Assembly: GCA_964387675.1 (NCBI GenBank)
Contig: CAYLWL010000003.1
Coordinates: 6,436-70,435 of the forward strand
Length of the DNA: 64,000 nt
Reading direction: 5' to 3'
Source: an uncultured Candidatus Saccharibacteria bacterium
GTDB taxonomy: Bacteria; Patescibacteriota; Minisyncoccia; UBA6257; 2-01-FULL-56-20
Positions 1 through 9,429 of this stretch are shown here, one piece after another; position 1 is the first letter of the stretch; each line of letters begins with the position of its first letter. The position numbers and the translations under genes are program-made. The notes under the pieces are model-generated. The model was given only the letters and a program-made list of their open reading frames with translations, ran no database searches and was not told the DNA's origin.

Positions 1-1
1 A

Positions 2-814
2 ATCACGGGGCACGTGCTGCTGCGCAACCGCGATCGGAGCGATTCGGTGGGGGTACGGAGCAATCCGTTCACGTTGCGGCAAGCGCTCGCTTCGCTTGTG
101 TTCCAAACTCCGGTGTTCGCCGAAGAGGTTCCTCGGGAAAAAGTTGAAGTCGAGAGGCGCCTCGCGCTTTCCGAGTTCGAATACGCGGATCCCGACAACG
201 ACGGCATTTACACCGCCACGATTACGATGCCGAACGTATACGGAGAATACGATATTGTCACTATCATTTCTTACAAAGATCCGGAACTCGGAACCCGACA
301 GATCATGCTTACGGCGGTCGTGGATCCCGAAGGGTATGTGTATGAAAAACAGGGAGGCAAGGAAGCCCGTATCGCGCAAGCCACTGTTTCGCTTTACTCG
401 CTCAATCCCGCGACAAATAAGTACGAATTGTGGCCGGCAGAGGAATACAGCCAGCACAATCCGCAAGTGACAGATATGAGCGGTTCATACGCCTTCCTGG
501 TTCCTCCGGGCAACTATTATCTTGCGGCAAAAGCTCCGGGCTACGCGAAGTATACCGGACAGCAGTTTTCCGTATCCGCGGGCAAAGAAGTACACCTCGC
601 GATCGAACTTCGCCCGCAAGGCATACTCCCCGGCGTCGATTGGGAAACGGCGGTTATCGTACTCGTGATTTTGCTCCTCGTTCTCAATTTCTTGATGGAT
701 CGCAGAAGAAATCGTCTTCCGCCACCCGAGCCGCCGCGATTTTATCCCCCCGCTTCCCAAGAGAAACCGCCGGAGATATATCCCAACGCCGACGGGACGC
801 GCCGGCCAATGTAA
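2..814 (+). CDS. Membrane-anchored protein with carboxypeptidase-regulatory-like domain, 5' partial
   Basis: Frame open from window start; VDPEGYVYE...NPQVTDMSGSYAFLVPPGNYYL motif; C-terminal TM helix. Confidence 0.7.
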   Translation: MTGHVLLRNRDRSDSVGVRSNPFTLRQALASLVFQTPVFAEEVPREKVEVERRLALSEFEYADPDNDGIYTATITMPNVYGEYDIVTIISYKDPELGTRQIMLTAVVDPEGYVYEKQGGKEARIAQATVSLYSLNPATNKYELWPAEEYSQHNPQVTDMSGSYAFLVPPGNYYLAAKAPGYAKYTGQQFSVSAGKEVHLAIELRPQGILPGVDWETAVIVLVILLLVLNFLMDRRRNRLPPPEPPRFYPPASQEKPPEIYPNADGTRRPM

Positions 815-860
815 TTATTAAAACCAAAGGTCTTTTGAAAAACTAACCCAACAAAACACT

Positions 861-1220
861 ATGGAAAAGAAAGCGTTAACGATCGCCGTGGCGATTCTTC
901 TCATCTTCGGGATATTCTCCGTTTCCCAATACTTCAAACTCCAGCGTGAACTGAAAAGCGCGCAGGCCGAGATTGCTCTCGTGAAGGAAGGCCCGTCGAG
1001 CATGGAGGTTCTCGACTTCGCGAGGGCGTTCGTCGAAAAAGTGCTTCGAGCCAAAGGAGAGGTGAGCTTCGAAACCCGGCTGCAGCTCGAGAACATGGTT
1101 CGGGATCTGAAAGACCGGGAATTGCTGGATCGGTGGAACGCGTTTGTTGAGAGCCAGACGGAAACCGAAGCCCAGGAGCAGGTGAAGCTTTTGCTCTCTC
1201 TCTTGCTGAAGAAGATATAA
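861..1220 (+). CDS. Hypothetical membrane-anchored protein
   Basis: N-terminal TM segment, operon-like spacing to next gene. Confidence 0.7.
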   Translation: MEKKALTIAVAILLIFGIFSVSQYFKLQRELKSAQAEIALVKEGPSSMEVLDFARAFVEKVLRAKGEVSFETRLQLENMVRDLKDRELLDRWNAFVESQTETEAQEQVKLLLSLLLKKI

Positions 1221-1229
1221 GATTGACCG

Positions 1230-2702
1230 ATGACACGTTTCTTCGAAATCCTTCCGGGAGCTCTCGCGTGGAGCACCCTAGTTTTGGTGATTGTTTTTTC
1301 GAGGGTTTTGCCCAGCTTTGTTTCTATTTTTATCATACTGTTCGACATTTACTGGCTTCTCAAAACCATATACCTCTCTCTTCATCTGCGAGCCACATTT
1401 ACGGCGATGAAGAAGAATATGAAGATCGACTGGGCAGAGCGTTTGCGAAGGATTCCGCGGTCGCAAGACCTTTACCATTTGATCATCTTGCCGATGTATA
1501 AGGAGCCCTACGAGGTGGTGCGGGAAAGCTTCGAGACCATCCTCGGCGCTCATTACCCGAAAGACAGATTTATCGTTGTTCTCGCCACGGAAGAGCAAGG
1601 AGGGAAAGAGGCGCAAGAAACCGCCAAAAAAATCGAGAAAGAATTCGGCGACGCGTTTTTCAAGTTTTTAGCGATCACGCACCCTGCCGGTCTTCCGGAA
1701 GAAATTCCCGGAAAGGGTTCGAACGAAACATGGGCCGGAAAAGAAGTGAAACGGCTTGTGGTTGATCCTTTGGGGCTGGATTACAAAAAGATACTTGTTT
1801 CCGTTTTCGACGTGGACACACAGGTGTTTCCGGAATACTTCGGACGGCTGGCGTATGTTTTTTTGACCTCGGAGAAACCCTTGCGCGCCATCTACCAGCC
1901 GGTACCGCTTTTCACGAACAACATTTATCGGGCGCCGGCTTTGGCGCGCGTCGTTTCGTTCTCCGCCACGTTTTGGCAGATGATGCAACAGTCGCGGCCG
2001 GAGCGGCTCACTTCTTTTTCTTCGCAGTCCATCCCTTTTCAGGTCTTGGTAGACATCGGTTTTTGGAACACGGACATCGTTTCCGAGGACTCCAGGATTT
2101 TTTGGCAGTGTTTTTTGCACTACGGCGGCGATTTTCGGGTGGAGCCGCTCTTGTACCCGGTTTCGATGGACGCGAACGTTGCCCCGACGTTTTGGGGCAC
2201 GATGAAAAATATTTACAAACAGCAGCGTCGCTGGGGCTGGGGCGTGGAGAACATTCCGTATATGCTCGATGGCTTCAGGAAAAATCCGAACATTTCCCCC
2301 GCTCAAAAGAGATACTGGACGTTCAATGTGCTTGAAGGGTTCCATTCGTGGGCGACGAATTCTTTGATGATCTTCGTGCTTGGCTGGCTGCCGCTCGCGC
2401 TCGGCGGGAAGAGTTTTAACTACACCCTGCTTTCATATAACTTGCCCCAAGTTACCCGGTATATCGTTACCATCTCGATGATTGGCGTGATGAGCTCGGC
2501 GGTTTTGGCGATTCTTTTACTGCCGCCGCGCCCTTCGTGGTTCAAGCCGAAACATTATCTTGTATATTTTTTGGAGTGGATACTGATTCCCATCACGATC
2601 AACGTATTCGGAGCTCTGCCGGGCCTTGAAGCGCAAACAAGGATGATGCTTGGAGGGAAGTTCAGATTGGGATTTTGGGTAACGCCAAAACATAGAGCTT
2701 AG
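1230..2702 (+). CDS. Glycosyltransferase family 2 membrane protein
   Basis: PMYKE, GKGSN, DVD, SED and QQRRW motifs; multiple TM helices. Confidence 0.9.
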   Translation: MTRFFEILPGALAWSTLVLVIVFSRVLPSFVSIFIILFDIYWLLKTIYLSLHLRATFTAMKKNMKIDWAERLRRIPRSQDLYHLIILPMYKEPYEVVRESFETILGAHYPKDRFIVVLATEEQGGKEAQETAKKIEKEFGDAFFKFLAITHPAGLPEEIPGKGSNETWAGKEVKRLVVDPLGLDYKKILVSVFDVDTQVFPEYFGRLAYVFLTSEKPLRAIYQPVPLFTNNIYRAPALARVVSFSATFWQMMQQSRPERLTSFSSQSIPFQVLVDIGFWNTDIVSEDSRIFWQCFLHYGGDFRVEPLLYPVSMDANVAPTFWGTMKNIYKQQRRWGWGVENIPYMLDGFRKNPNISPAQKRYWTFNVLEGFHSWATNSLMIFVLGWLPLALGGKSFNYTLLSYNLPQVTRYIVTISMIGVMSSAVLAILLLPPRPSWFKPKHYLVYFLEWILIPITINVFGALPGLEAQTRMMLGGKFRLGFWVTPKHRA

Positions 2703-2737
2703 TAGGTGGTAAGTAGTAAGTAGTAGGTGGTAGAATC
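2701..2737. repeat. Left arm of TAGTAGG/TAGTAAG heptamer inverted repeat (family E)
   Basis: agtaggtggtaagtagtaagtagtaggtggtagaatc is complementary to 3157-3190. Confidence 0.9.
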
Positions 2738-2742
2738 GAAAT

Positions 2743-3114
2743 ATGGCCGAAAAATTGAACATTAAATCCTATAGAGACCTAATCATCTGGCAGAGAACAA
2801 AATCTTCCGCTGTTTTGATATATAAAATAACCGAAAAGTTTCCTACATCCGAGCTTTACGGCATTACGAGCCAAATGCGTCGTGCTGCTGTTTCTATGCC
2901 ATCGAATATCGCAGAGGGATTTAGAAGAAAGTCGGTAAAAGAAAAATTACAATTTTTGCGTATGGCTTACGGATCTGGTGCCGAACTGGAAACTCAACTG
3001 GAAATTAGTCGCGATTTGGGATACTTGAGTGATCAGGATTATAAAAATCTATCTACTGAATTAGACCAGACCATGAAGATGATGAATAGAACAATTAACA
3101 CGCTGGAGAATTAG
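2743..3114 (+). CDS. Four helix bundle protein (23S rRNA IVP / Avd-like family)
   Basis: SYRDLIIWQ...FP.SELYGITSQMRRAAVSMPSNIAEG...FLRMAYGSGAELETQL signature. Confidence 0.92.
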   Translation: MAEKLNIKSYRDLIIWQRTKSSAVLIYKITEKFPTSELYGITSQMRRAAVSMPSNIAEGFRRKSVKEKLQFLRMAYGSGAELETQLEISRDLGYLSDQDYKNLSTELDQTMKMMNRTINTLEN

Positions 3115-3144
3115 GTTTGATATAATGAAAGCATCCGGAAACCA

Positions 3145-3963
3145 ATGAAAAAATCAGATTCTACCTACTACCTACTACTTACTACCTACTCGTCAAGGCG
3201 TGGTTTCACCCTGATCGAGCTCCTCATTTTTGCGGCAATTTTTGCCGGCATCATGATCGCTTTTATATCGATCCTGGTCGTCGTGACGGGCATAGAGGCG
3301 CGCCAGTCGTCGGTGGCCGAAGTGAATCAGCAAAGCCAGTTTCTCCTCCAGCAGATAGAACAGCTCACCGAACGGTCAAGCGTTATCGAATTGCCGGAGA
3401 ATACGGCGACGACCACTCTCATGTTACGGATGCCGTCGCCCTCTGAAGATCCAACCTACCTCACGCTTTCAGACGGGATAGTGTACTTACAGCAAGGCGC
3501 CGGTTCGCAGAATGCTCTTACCTCCAACAAAGTTGTTGTTTCATCGCTCACCTTTACCAAAAAATCCAACGCGCCGGGCCACGATTCGGTTTCCGTATCA
3601 TTCCTTGTGAGCTACAACAGCCAAAGCGTGAAACGGCAATTCTCCCAGACACTGAACACCGCGATCGCGAGGGTCTCGGCGGCCACGTTCGATTCAAACG
3701 TGATTCCTTCCTCGACGGCAACCTACGATCTTGGGGTATCATCCCAAATTTGGAGATCGATCAACAACAAGATTTATTTCAGTGGCTCGAACATAGGCAT
3801 CGGTGTTGTCTCCCCGAATGCTCTTCTCCAAGTGTCCGGCGGAGACGTCTATGTGGATACGGTCGGGAAGGGGATGATAGTACGCGCTCCGGACGGCGGA
3901 TGTTGGCGGATTACGGCCAAAAATGCCGGCGCTTATAATTCTGATTCAGTAGTTTGCCCGTAA
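3145..3963 (+). CDS. Type IV pilin-like protein with prepilin cleavage/methylation motif
   Basis: RRG/FTLIELLI motif plus hydrophobic helix; C-terminal NIGIG motif. Confidence 0.85.
   Translation: MKKSDSTYYLLLTTYSSRRGFTLIELLIFAAIFAGIMIAFISILVVVTGIEARQSSVAEVNQQSQFLLQQIEQLTERSSVIELPENTATTTLMLRMPSPSEDPTYLTLSDGIVYLQQGAGSQNALTSNKVVVSSLTFTKKSNAPGHDSVSVSFLVSYNSQSVKRQFSQTLNTAIARVSAATFDSNVIPSSTATYDLGVSSQIWRSINNKIYFSGSNIGIGVVSPNALLQVSGGDVYVDTVGKGMIVRAPDGGCWRITAKNAGAYNSDSVVCP
3157..3190. repeat. Right arm of family E inverted repeat, inside pilin leader peptide
   Basis: gattctacctactacctactacttactacctact encodes DSTYYLLLTTY. Confidence 0.9.
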
Positions 3964-4022
3964 GAAAAGGTCTGTGGATAACCAGACTTCCAAACGCCGC
4001 GCGAAGTTATACAATAAAAAAG

Positions 4023-4562
4023 ATGGGGTCTAAGAGTAACGTTATCGTAATAGTGGTCGCTGTGGCGGTGATGGCCCTTTTGGTTGTTTTCGGAGTCGTG
4101 TTGAAAAATAAAGGGGGCAACGAAGGGCCTTCTTTGGGGGACTCCGCCGTTTCAAGAGACGTCACCGTCACCAGAGAGCCCGCTCCGGCAAACGTTTTTG
4201 TTCCGAGCGCAGGCGCGAAAAACGTTCCCGCGAACGTCGCTGTCCCCAAAGCGATTTCCAAGAGCGGCCCTCTTAGCGACGCGAGTTATCGCAGTTTTAC
4301 CGTCGCGGCTGACGGCGGAAGGTTTATGCCCGATACCGTGATTGTCAAACAGGGAGATACCGTGGATCTGAATATTACCGCGGTAGACGGGGATTATGAT
4401 TTTACCCAGCCGGATTTCGGGTTCAAGACGGTTATCGCGAAAGCAACCACCCAAAACATTCAATTCCAAGCCACGGCGACCGGTCGATTTGCTTTCTACT
4501 GCTCCCTCTGTGGCGGGCCGTCACAAGGGCCTCTGGGCTACATCGTGGTAGTTCAAAAATAG
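4023..4562 (+). CDS. Membrane-anchored cupredoxin-domain protein
   Basis: TM helix then F.PDTVIVKQGDTV...GRFAFYCSLCG; ATG 7 nt after TACAAT. Confidence 0.8.
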   Translation: MGSKSNVIVIVVAVAVMALLVVFGVVLKNKGGNEGPSLGDSAVSRDVTVTREPAPANVFVPSAGAKNVPANVAVPKAISKSGPLSDASYRSFTVAADGGRFMPDTVIVKQGDTVDLNITAVDGDYDFTQPDFGFKTVIAKATTQNIQFQATATGRFAFYCSLCGGPSQGPLGYIVVVQK

Positions 4563-4589
4563 CCGAATATGGTAGAGTAGGACATAAGC

Positions 4590-4889
4590 ATGGAGAATAA
4601 GTCTTCAAAAATGACAATTGATAAACTGGGAGAAATGAGCCAGCGGGAGTTTATCGCGATTCGTTCGGAAATGATGGACACGCGCGCAGAACTCAAAGAA
4701 GAGATACTTATATTAAGAGAAGATGTTTCTATTTTGCGTCGTGATATGGAAGCAGGTTTTCAGGGTTTAAGCGTGGGTATGAAAGAAATTATGATCAAAC
4801 TCAACGAAATTCAAGCTGATGTGATTGAAATTCACGATCTCCGCGGCAGGGTTGAGCGGCTGGAAAAGAAAGTCAGTTTATCAAACTAA
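4590..4889 (+). CDS. Hypothetical coiled-coil protein
   Basis: Heptad-like helical sequence ending RVERLEKKV. Confidence 0.7.
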   Translation: MENKSSKMTIDKLGEMSQREFIAIRSEMMDTRAELKEEILILREDVSILRRDMEAGFQGLSVGMKEIMIKLNEIQADVIEIHDLRGRVERLEKKVSLSN

Positions 4890-4922
4890 AGTAATAAAAA
4901 ATAAATTAAAATTTAAAAAATT

Positions 4923-5405
4923 ATGCTTCCTAAAAAAATCTTAATTCTACTCGTTGCCGCTGTCGTCGTAATCCTGGCGTTCGGCATCTGGCTCGGTTCG
5001 CTTATTTTGCGCGAGAAGAAAATTAATCCCGCGGGCTCTTCCCAATACTCCGCCGTGTATCTTACGACAGGCGACATTTACTTCGGCAAGCTTTCCTGGT
5101 TTCCGTATCCGCGGCTGAAGAACGTCTGGTTTTTGCAGAGATCGGTTGGCCAGAATAATCAAGTCCAGCTCGGCATCGGTCAATTCAACAACGCGTTCTG
5201 GAGTCCGGTGGACGAGGTTCGCTTAAACCCAAAGCAGATTATTTTGTGGGCGACTCTGCGGAATGACAGCCAGGTTATCAAAGTGTTCGACAATCCGAGC
5301 TTACTCCAGCAATCTTCTCCTTCCGCTGACGGAAGCGCGCCTCAGATTTCTCCTTCAACGAGCACCTTTAGCGGCCCATCGGGTCAGCCGCCAAGCAGAA
5401 ATTAG
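4923..5405 (+). CDS. Hypothetical membrane-anchored protein
   Basis: TM helix; YSAVYLTTGDIYFGKL motif. Confidence 0.75.
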   Translation: MLPKKILILLVAAVVVILAFGIWLGSLILREKKINPAGSSQYSAVYLTTGDIYFGKLSWFPYPRLKNVWFLQRSVGQNNQVQLGIGQFNNAFWSPVDEVRLNPKQIILWATLRNDSQVIKVFDNPSLLQQSSPSADGSAPQISPSTSTFSGPSGQPPSRN

Positions 5406-5477
5406 TCCGCCCACCAGGACTTGAACCTGGAACCGTCTCCTTAAGAGGGAGCTGCTCTGCCATTGAGCTATGGGCGG
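5406..5477 (-). tRNA. tRNA-Lys(CTT)
   Basis: Cloverleaf: CCGCCCA/TGGGCGG acceptor stem, anticodon loop CTCTTAA, GGTTCAAGTCC T-arm; CCA not encoded. Confidence 0.92.
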
Positions 5478-5517
5478 AAGATTATTTACTTCTTATATTG
5501 TAGTTTATAGAGCGAGC

Positions 5518-5648
5518 TTTTCTCTTTTCGAGAAGCTATCGGACCCAGCCGCAGCTTGGTCTCCGACCGGAGTCGGAGTGCGGCTGGGGAGATGCAGGCG
5601 CGTTCCGACCGCTGGAGTCGGAACGACGCCGGTTCTCGAAAAGAGAAA
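5518..5648. repeat. GCTTGGT branched structured element, copy 1
   Basis: GAGAAGCTATCGGA-stem-GCTTGGT-hairpin-stem-GAGATGCAGGC-hairpin(CGCTGGA)-GCCGGTTC inside a terminal stem. Confidence 0.8.
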
Positions 5649-5710
5649 TGCGAGCGGAGTTATCCACAGCCCTCCCCAACCGATTTGTTATAATAATTCT
5701 AACGTAAGAA

Positions 5711-5950
5711 ATGAGCAAAAGAAACCTCGTCGTCCTTATCGTGGTTGTGGCAGTGGTCGCGGGAGCGCTCTATTGGTACTTTGTAATGAACAAAGGGGCT
5801 TTTGTCGCTCCCGAAGAGGCCGCACCCGCTCCCCAGACATTGGGCGGCGATATTTATGAAAAAAGCCAGAATCCCATTCAGGATAAAGTTCCAACGCTTG
5901 ATCCCGTTGCAAACCCCGTTCAAGGTCTCTATAAAAATCCATTTCAATAG
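5711..5950 (+). CDS. Small membrane-anchored hypothetical protein
   Basis: N-terminal TM helix; ends YKNPFQ. Confidence 0.7.
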   Translation: MSKRNLVVLIVVVAVVAGALYWYFVMNKGAFVAPEEAAPAPQTLGGDIYEKSQNPIQDKVPTLDPVANPVQGLYKNPFQ

Positions 5951-5956
5951 AAAACT

Positions 5957-8491
5957 ATGCAAAAGTCCATATCCTTCACAAATGCAAAATTTTGGATAGC
6001 CCTCTTTATCGTAGCGGGAGCTCTTTTGGCGAGCTACGCAATTTTAGCAGTCGCTCACGCGCAAACACAAACGAGCGAGCCGACCGACGAGGACGTCAAA
6101 GCAAGCGGTATCACTTTTCCGGTTCCAGAGCTTGGCAACTGCGGCAGTAAAGACGAATGTCGGAGTTACTGTAACGACCAAAGCAATATGGAGGCGTGTA
6201 TCAGCTTCGCCAAATCGCACGGTTTGATGAACAAAGACGAAGCGGAGCGTGCAGAGAAATTCAAAACGGCGTTGCGGGGAGGAACCACTCCTGGGGGGTG
6301 TACCAATCCCGGCCAGTGCCAGGCGTTCTGCGGTGATGTCAAGAATATGGAGGTGTGCGTCAAGTTTGCGGAAGAGCATGGCGTGAAAGACAAACACATC
6401 GAACAGGCAAAGAAAGTTTTAAACCATATCAAGTCGGGCGGCCAAACGCCGGGAGGGTGCGGTTCCGAACAAAGCTGTAAGCAGTATTGCAGTGATTTCA
6501 GCCATGCCGAAGAATGTTTCGAATTCGCCAAAAAGATCGGGATCGTGCAGGCGCGGGGGCAGGCAGGAGTTCGGGCCGGAGAAAGAGCGGGATTTGAAGA
6601 CGAAGAAATCCCCAACGAGGAGCAGTTCCAAAAATTCATTCAACTCGCGAAAAGCGGCGAGACGCCGGGTGGTTGTAAATCGAAAGATGCTTGCGAGTCC
6701 TATTGTCAAGGCGGAAACCACATGGAAGAATGCGTCGCTTTCGGCGAGAAAGTTGGCTTTGTTTCTGCCGAAGAGGCCCAGATGATGAGAAAGTCCGGCG
6801 GCAAAGGGCCGGGGGGATGCAACAGCCGCGAATCCTGCGAATCTTTCTGTAATGATCCAGCGCATCAAGAAGAGTGTTTCAAGTTCGCTGAAGAGCATGG
6901 ATTTGTGAAGCACGAAGAGGTGCAGAGAACGAAAGAAGGGTTTGTGCGTTTGCGCGCGGGTCTTGAGCAAGCGCCTCCGGAGGTTGCGGAGTGTTTGAAA
7001 GCGGCCGTGGGGGAAAACGTTCTCGACAATATCCAATCCGGACAGATTACTCCGGGTCCCGAAATCGGCAACAGCGTGAAGGGTTGTTTCGATAAGTTTG
7101 GCCACCAGAGCGGTTCTCGCCAGCTCTTCAAGGACGCGCCGCCGGAAGTTTCCACTTGTCTCAAAGAAAAACTGGGGAGTGAGTTTGCAAAGGTGCAATC
7201 AGGGGAGAGCATGCCGAGCCCGGAAACGGCAGACACGCTCCGAGTTTGTTTCCAGCAGGCGCAATTTGAAAAAGGCGGATTCCAGTTTGGCGGCCCGCAA
7301 GGTCAGGGTGACGAGCGGGGTCAACCGCAAGGCGGACAAGGCGGTTTTCCGCCCGCGCCCGGTGAACGAGGTCAAGGTTTTAGCGCTCCTTCAGCAGGAC
7401 AATTCTTGCGGAATGCTCCTCCCGGGGTCTCAACTTGTCTTAAGGAAAAACTTGGCGACAAACTCGAGGCGATACAATCCGGAGGAGAACAGCCGGGTCC
7501 GGAGTTTGGTCAGACGCTAAAATCCTGCTTCCAGGAATTCAATCCTCAAAACGATAGAATGCCGCCTCCTCGTCCCGATGAACAGCGCGGCGGTCAAGGA
7601 GGCGAGGGGAGTGGTTTTCTTCCCGCGCCCGGCGAGCGTGGTCAACAGGGTGGTTTTGAACAAGGCCAAGGGGGCTTCCGGGGAGAAGGACAGTTCGAAC
7701 AAGGCGGCGAACAACCGCTTTTCAACAAGAGGCCGTACCCTCAATCGGTGCCATCATTTAACACGCCATCTCCGTATCCAAGGCCTCCCGTCGGCAGTGA
7801 GCAGTATCCCTCTCCCGCTGGCGGCTACAGTTCAGACCCGACTACTGGTTGCGTTCAAGCCGGCGGAAAGTGGGACGTTGCAACAAAGCATTGTGAGATG
7901 CCAAGCACATCGCCAAGTACAGTTCCCAGCGGCGGCTACAGTTCAGACCCAGCCACCGGTTGCGCTCAAGCAGGTGGAAGGTGGGATACCGCGACAAAAC
8001 ACTGTGAGATGCCAGCGAGCACGACATCGCCGAGTAGCCAACCTTCACCGTCAAGCGGCACTCCTCCGCCAAGCGGCGGTTACAGTTCCGACCCGGCTAC
8101 CGGTTGCGCTCAAGCCGGCGGAACATGGGATACGTCGACGAATTACTGCAAAATGCCGGGGAGCACGTCGCCAACTCCAACGAGCGGCACAACTCAACCG
8201 TCAACGACCGATACGCACAGCTGTCCCTCCGGCCAATACTGGAACGGATCCACTTGTATGAGTTCTACGAATACAAGCGGAGGCACAACATATCCGCAGC
8301 CATCTACGTATGAACAACCATCCACATATCAACAACCATCTTTATATCAACAGCCGACAACTCAATCATACCCAAGCGGCGGCAGTTACACTCCTCCTCC
8401 GTCGGACTCCGGTTCCGGAAGCTATACTCAGCCACCTCCACCGCCCCCGGGAGGAAACTTGTTCCAGATTTTCAAGTGGATAGTGCGATAA
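5957..8491 (+). CDS. Secreted Cys-rich repeat protein
   Basis: Signal peptide; five GxC-C-C-C modules; three GGYSSDPxTGCxQAGGxWD repeats; G/Q/P/S/T-rich linkers. Confidence 0.85.
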   Translation: MQKSISFTNAKFWIALFIVAGALLASYAILAVAHAQTQTSEPTDEDVKASGITFPVPELGNCGSKDECRSYCNDQSNMEACISFAKSHGLMNKDEAERAEKFKTALRGGTTPGGCTNPGQCQAFCGDVKNMEVCVKFAEEHGVKDKHIEQAKKVLNHIKSGGQTPGGCGSEQSCKQYCSDFSHAEECFEFAKKIGIVQARGQAGVRAGERAGFEDEEIPNEEQFQKFIQLAKSGETPGGCKSKDACESYCQGGNHMEECVAFGEKVGFVSAEEAQMMRKSGGKGPGGCNSRESCESFCNDPAHQEECFKFAEEHGFVKHEEVQRTKEGFVRLRAGLEQAPPEVAECLKAAVGENVLDNIQSGQITPGPEIGNSVKGCFDKFGHQSGSRQLFKDAPPEVSTCLKEKLGSEFAKVQSGESMPSPETADTLRVCFQQAQFEKGGFQFGGPQGQGDERGQPQGGQGGFPPAPGERGQGFSAPSAGQFLRNAPPGVSTCLKEKLGDKLEAIQSGGEQPGPEFGQTLKSCFQEFNPQNDRMPPPRPDEQRGGQGGEGSGFLPAPGERGQQGGFEQGQGGFRGEGQFEQGGEQPLFNKRPYPQSVPSFNTPSPYPRPPVGSEQYPSPAGGYSSDPTTGCVQAGGKWDVATKHCEMPSTSPSTVPSGGYSSDPATGCAQAGGRWDTATKHCEMPASTTSPSSQPSPSSGTPPPSGGYSSDPATGCAQAGGTWDTSTNYCKMPGSTSPTPTSGTTQPSTTDTHSCPSGQYWNGSTCMSSTNTSGGTTYPQPSTYEQPSTYQQPSLYQQPTTQSYPSGGSYTPPPSDSGSGSYTQPPPPPPGGNLFQIFKWIVR

Positions 8492-8502
8492 GGAAGATAA
8501 AC

Positions 8503-8533
8503 CACAAACCGCTCTCGAAGAGAGCGGTTTGTG
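8503..8533. terminator. Probable bidirectional terminator
   Basis: cacaaaccgctctc-gaa-gagagcggtttgtg hairpin between convergent genes. Confidence 0.75.
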
Positions 8534-8564
8534 TGTTTTCGTTATTCAATCTGTTTGTGCGACG

Positions 8565-9428
8565 TTACAGCTGATCGGCGTTGCTCACGATACTCCGCAA
8601 AACTTCGATGGATTTTTCCACATCTTCGATGCTTGCCTCTTCGTGCGGCGTGTGATTATTCTCAACAGGAATTTCGACGGCCAATACCCCCACATCAGGC
8701 ACGAAAGTAAACTCTATCGAATCGTTGGCGTTGCCCTCCGCGTAACTGACACCGGGTTTCTTCGGGTGAATGATTTTTGCGATTTTCTTCAACATTGCCG
8801 CCGGGAAATAGAATTGCTTGCCGGGTTTTTTAAGACCCGAAGAGGTATACACGATGGGGCCATCGCCCACGTTCCCCATTCGTGTAACGTCCACCACGAT
8901 TATCAACTTCGGCTTATCGGTCTCGGCGGCTAACTTTTCTGCCGCATATCGCGCCCCGGCATTATAAACGCCATCAGGCAATGTCCTTGCTTCGAGATGC
9001 GTTTGCCCGCCTTGTTCGACTTCTCGTTCTGATTCCTCTTCAACCGTAAAGAGTACCGAAGGCCGAAGACCTTTTCGGATGAGCTGAAGAATGATCGAGA
9101 GTCCCAAAGCGTCATCAAGCCGGCCCCTTAATCGATCTTTTTCCAAAACAGCTTTTTCGCCCCTGCCGACTTTATCCATATGAGCGCATACGAGGACACG
9201 CCTCTGGTTTTCATCTCTCGACTTTGCCCAAAGATTGCCCTTATCGTCTACGGAACAGTCCATTCCTAAACTTTCGAGAATGCTTTTCAAGCGGCCCCTT
9301 ATCGCCATTTCTTCCCCGGAAAAACTGTCGAGCGAAGAAAATTCTCGCAAATCTCCAATCAGAGCTTCCAGATTCTTTTCTTGCTCGATTTTGTCGGACA
9401 AGAGATTCTTTTCTAAATGTTCATTCAT
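8565..9428 (-). CDS. M20/M28/M42-family metallopeptidase
   Basis: CAHMD, RLDD, TVEEE, VDV and NNHTPHE metal-ligand motifs. Confidence 0.8.
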   Translation of the reverse strand: MNEHLEKNLLSDKIEQEKNLEALIGDLREFSSLDSFSGEEMAIRGRLKSILESLGMDCSVDDKGNLWAKSRDENQRRVLVCAHMDKVGRGEKAVLEKDRLRGRLDDALGLSIILQLIRKGLRPSVLFTVEEESEREVEQGGQTHLEARTLPDGVYNAGARYAAEKLAAETDKPKLIIVVDVTRMGNVGDGPIVYTSSGLKKPGKQFYFPAAMLKKIAKIIHPKKPGVSYAEGNANDSIEFTFVPDVGVLAVEIPVENNHTPHEEASIEDVEKSIEVLRSIVSNADQL

Positions 9429-9429
9429 A

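Noticed and set aside
2743-3114. Diversity-generating retroelement, since four-helix-bundle proteins resemble Avd
   Set aside because: No reverse transcriptase and no TR/VR pair differing at adenines was seen in the window.
3973-5668. Replication origin
   Set aside because: DnaA-box-like sites are isolated, with no cluster, unwinding element or dnaA/dnaN nearby.
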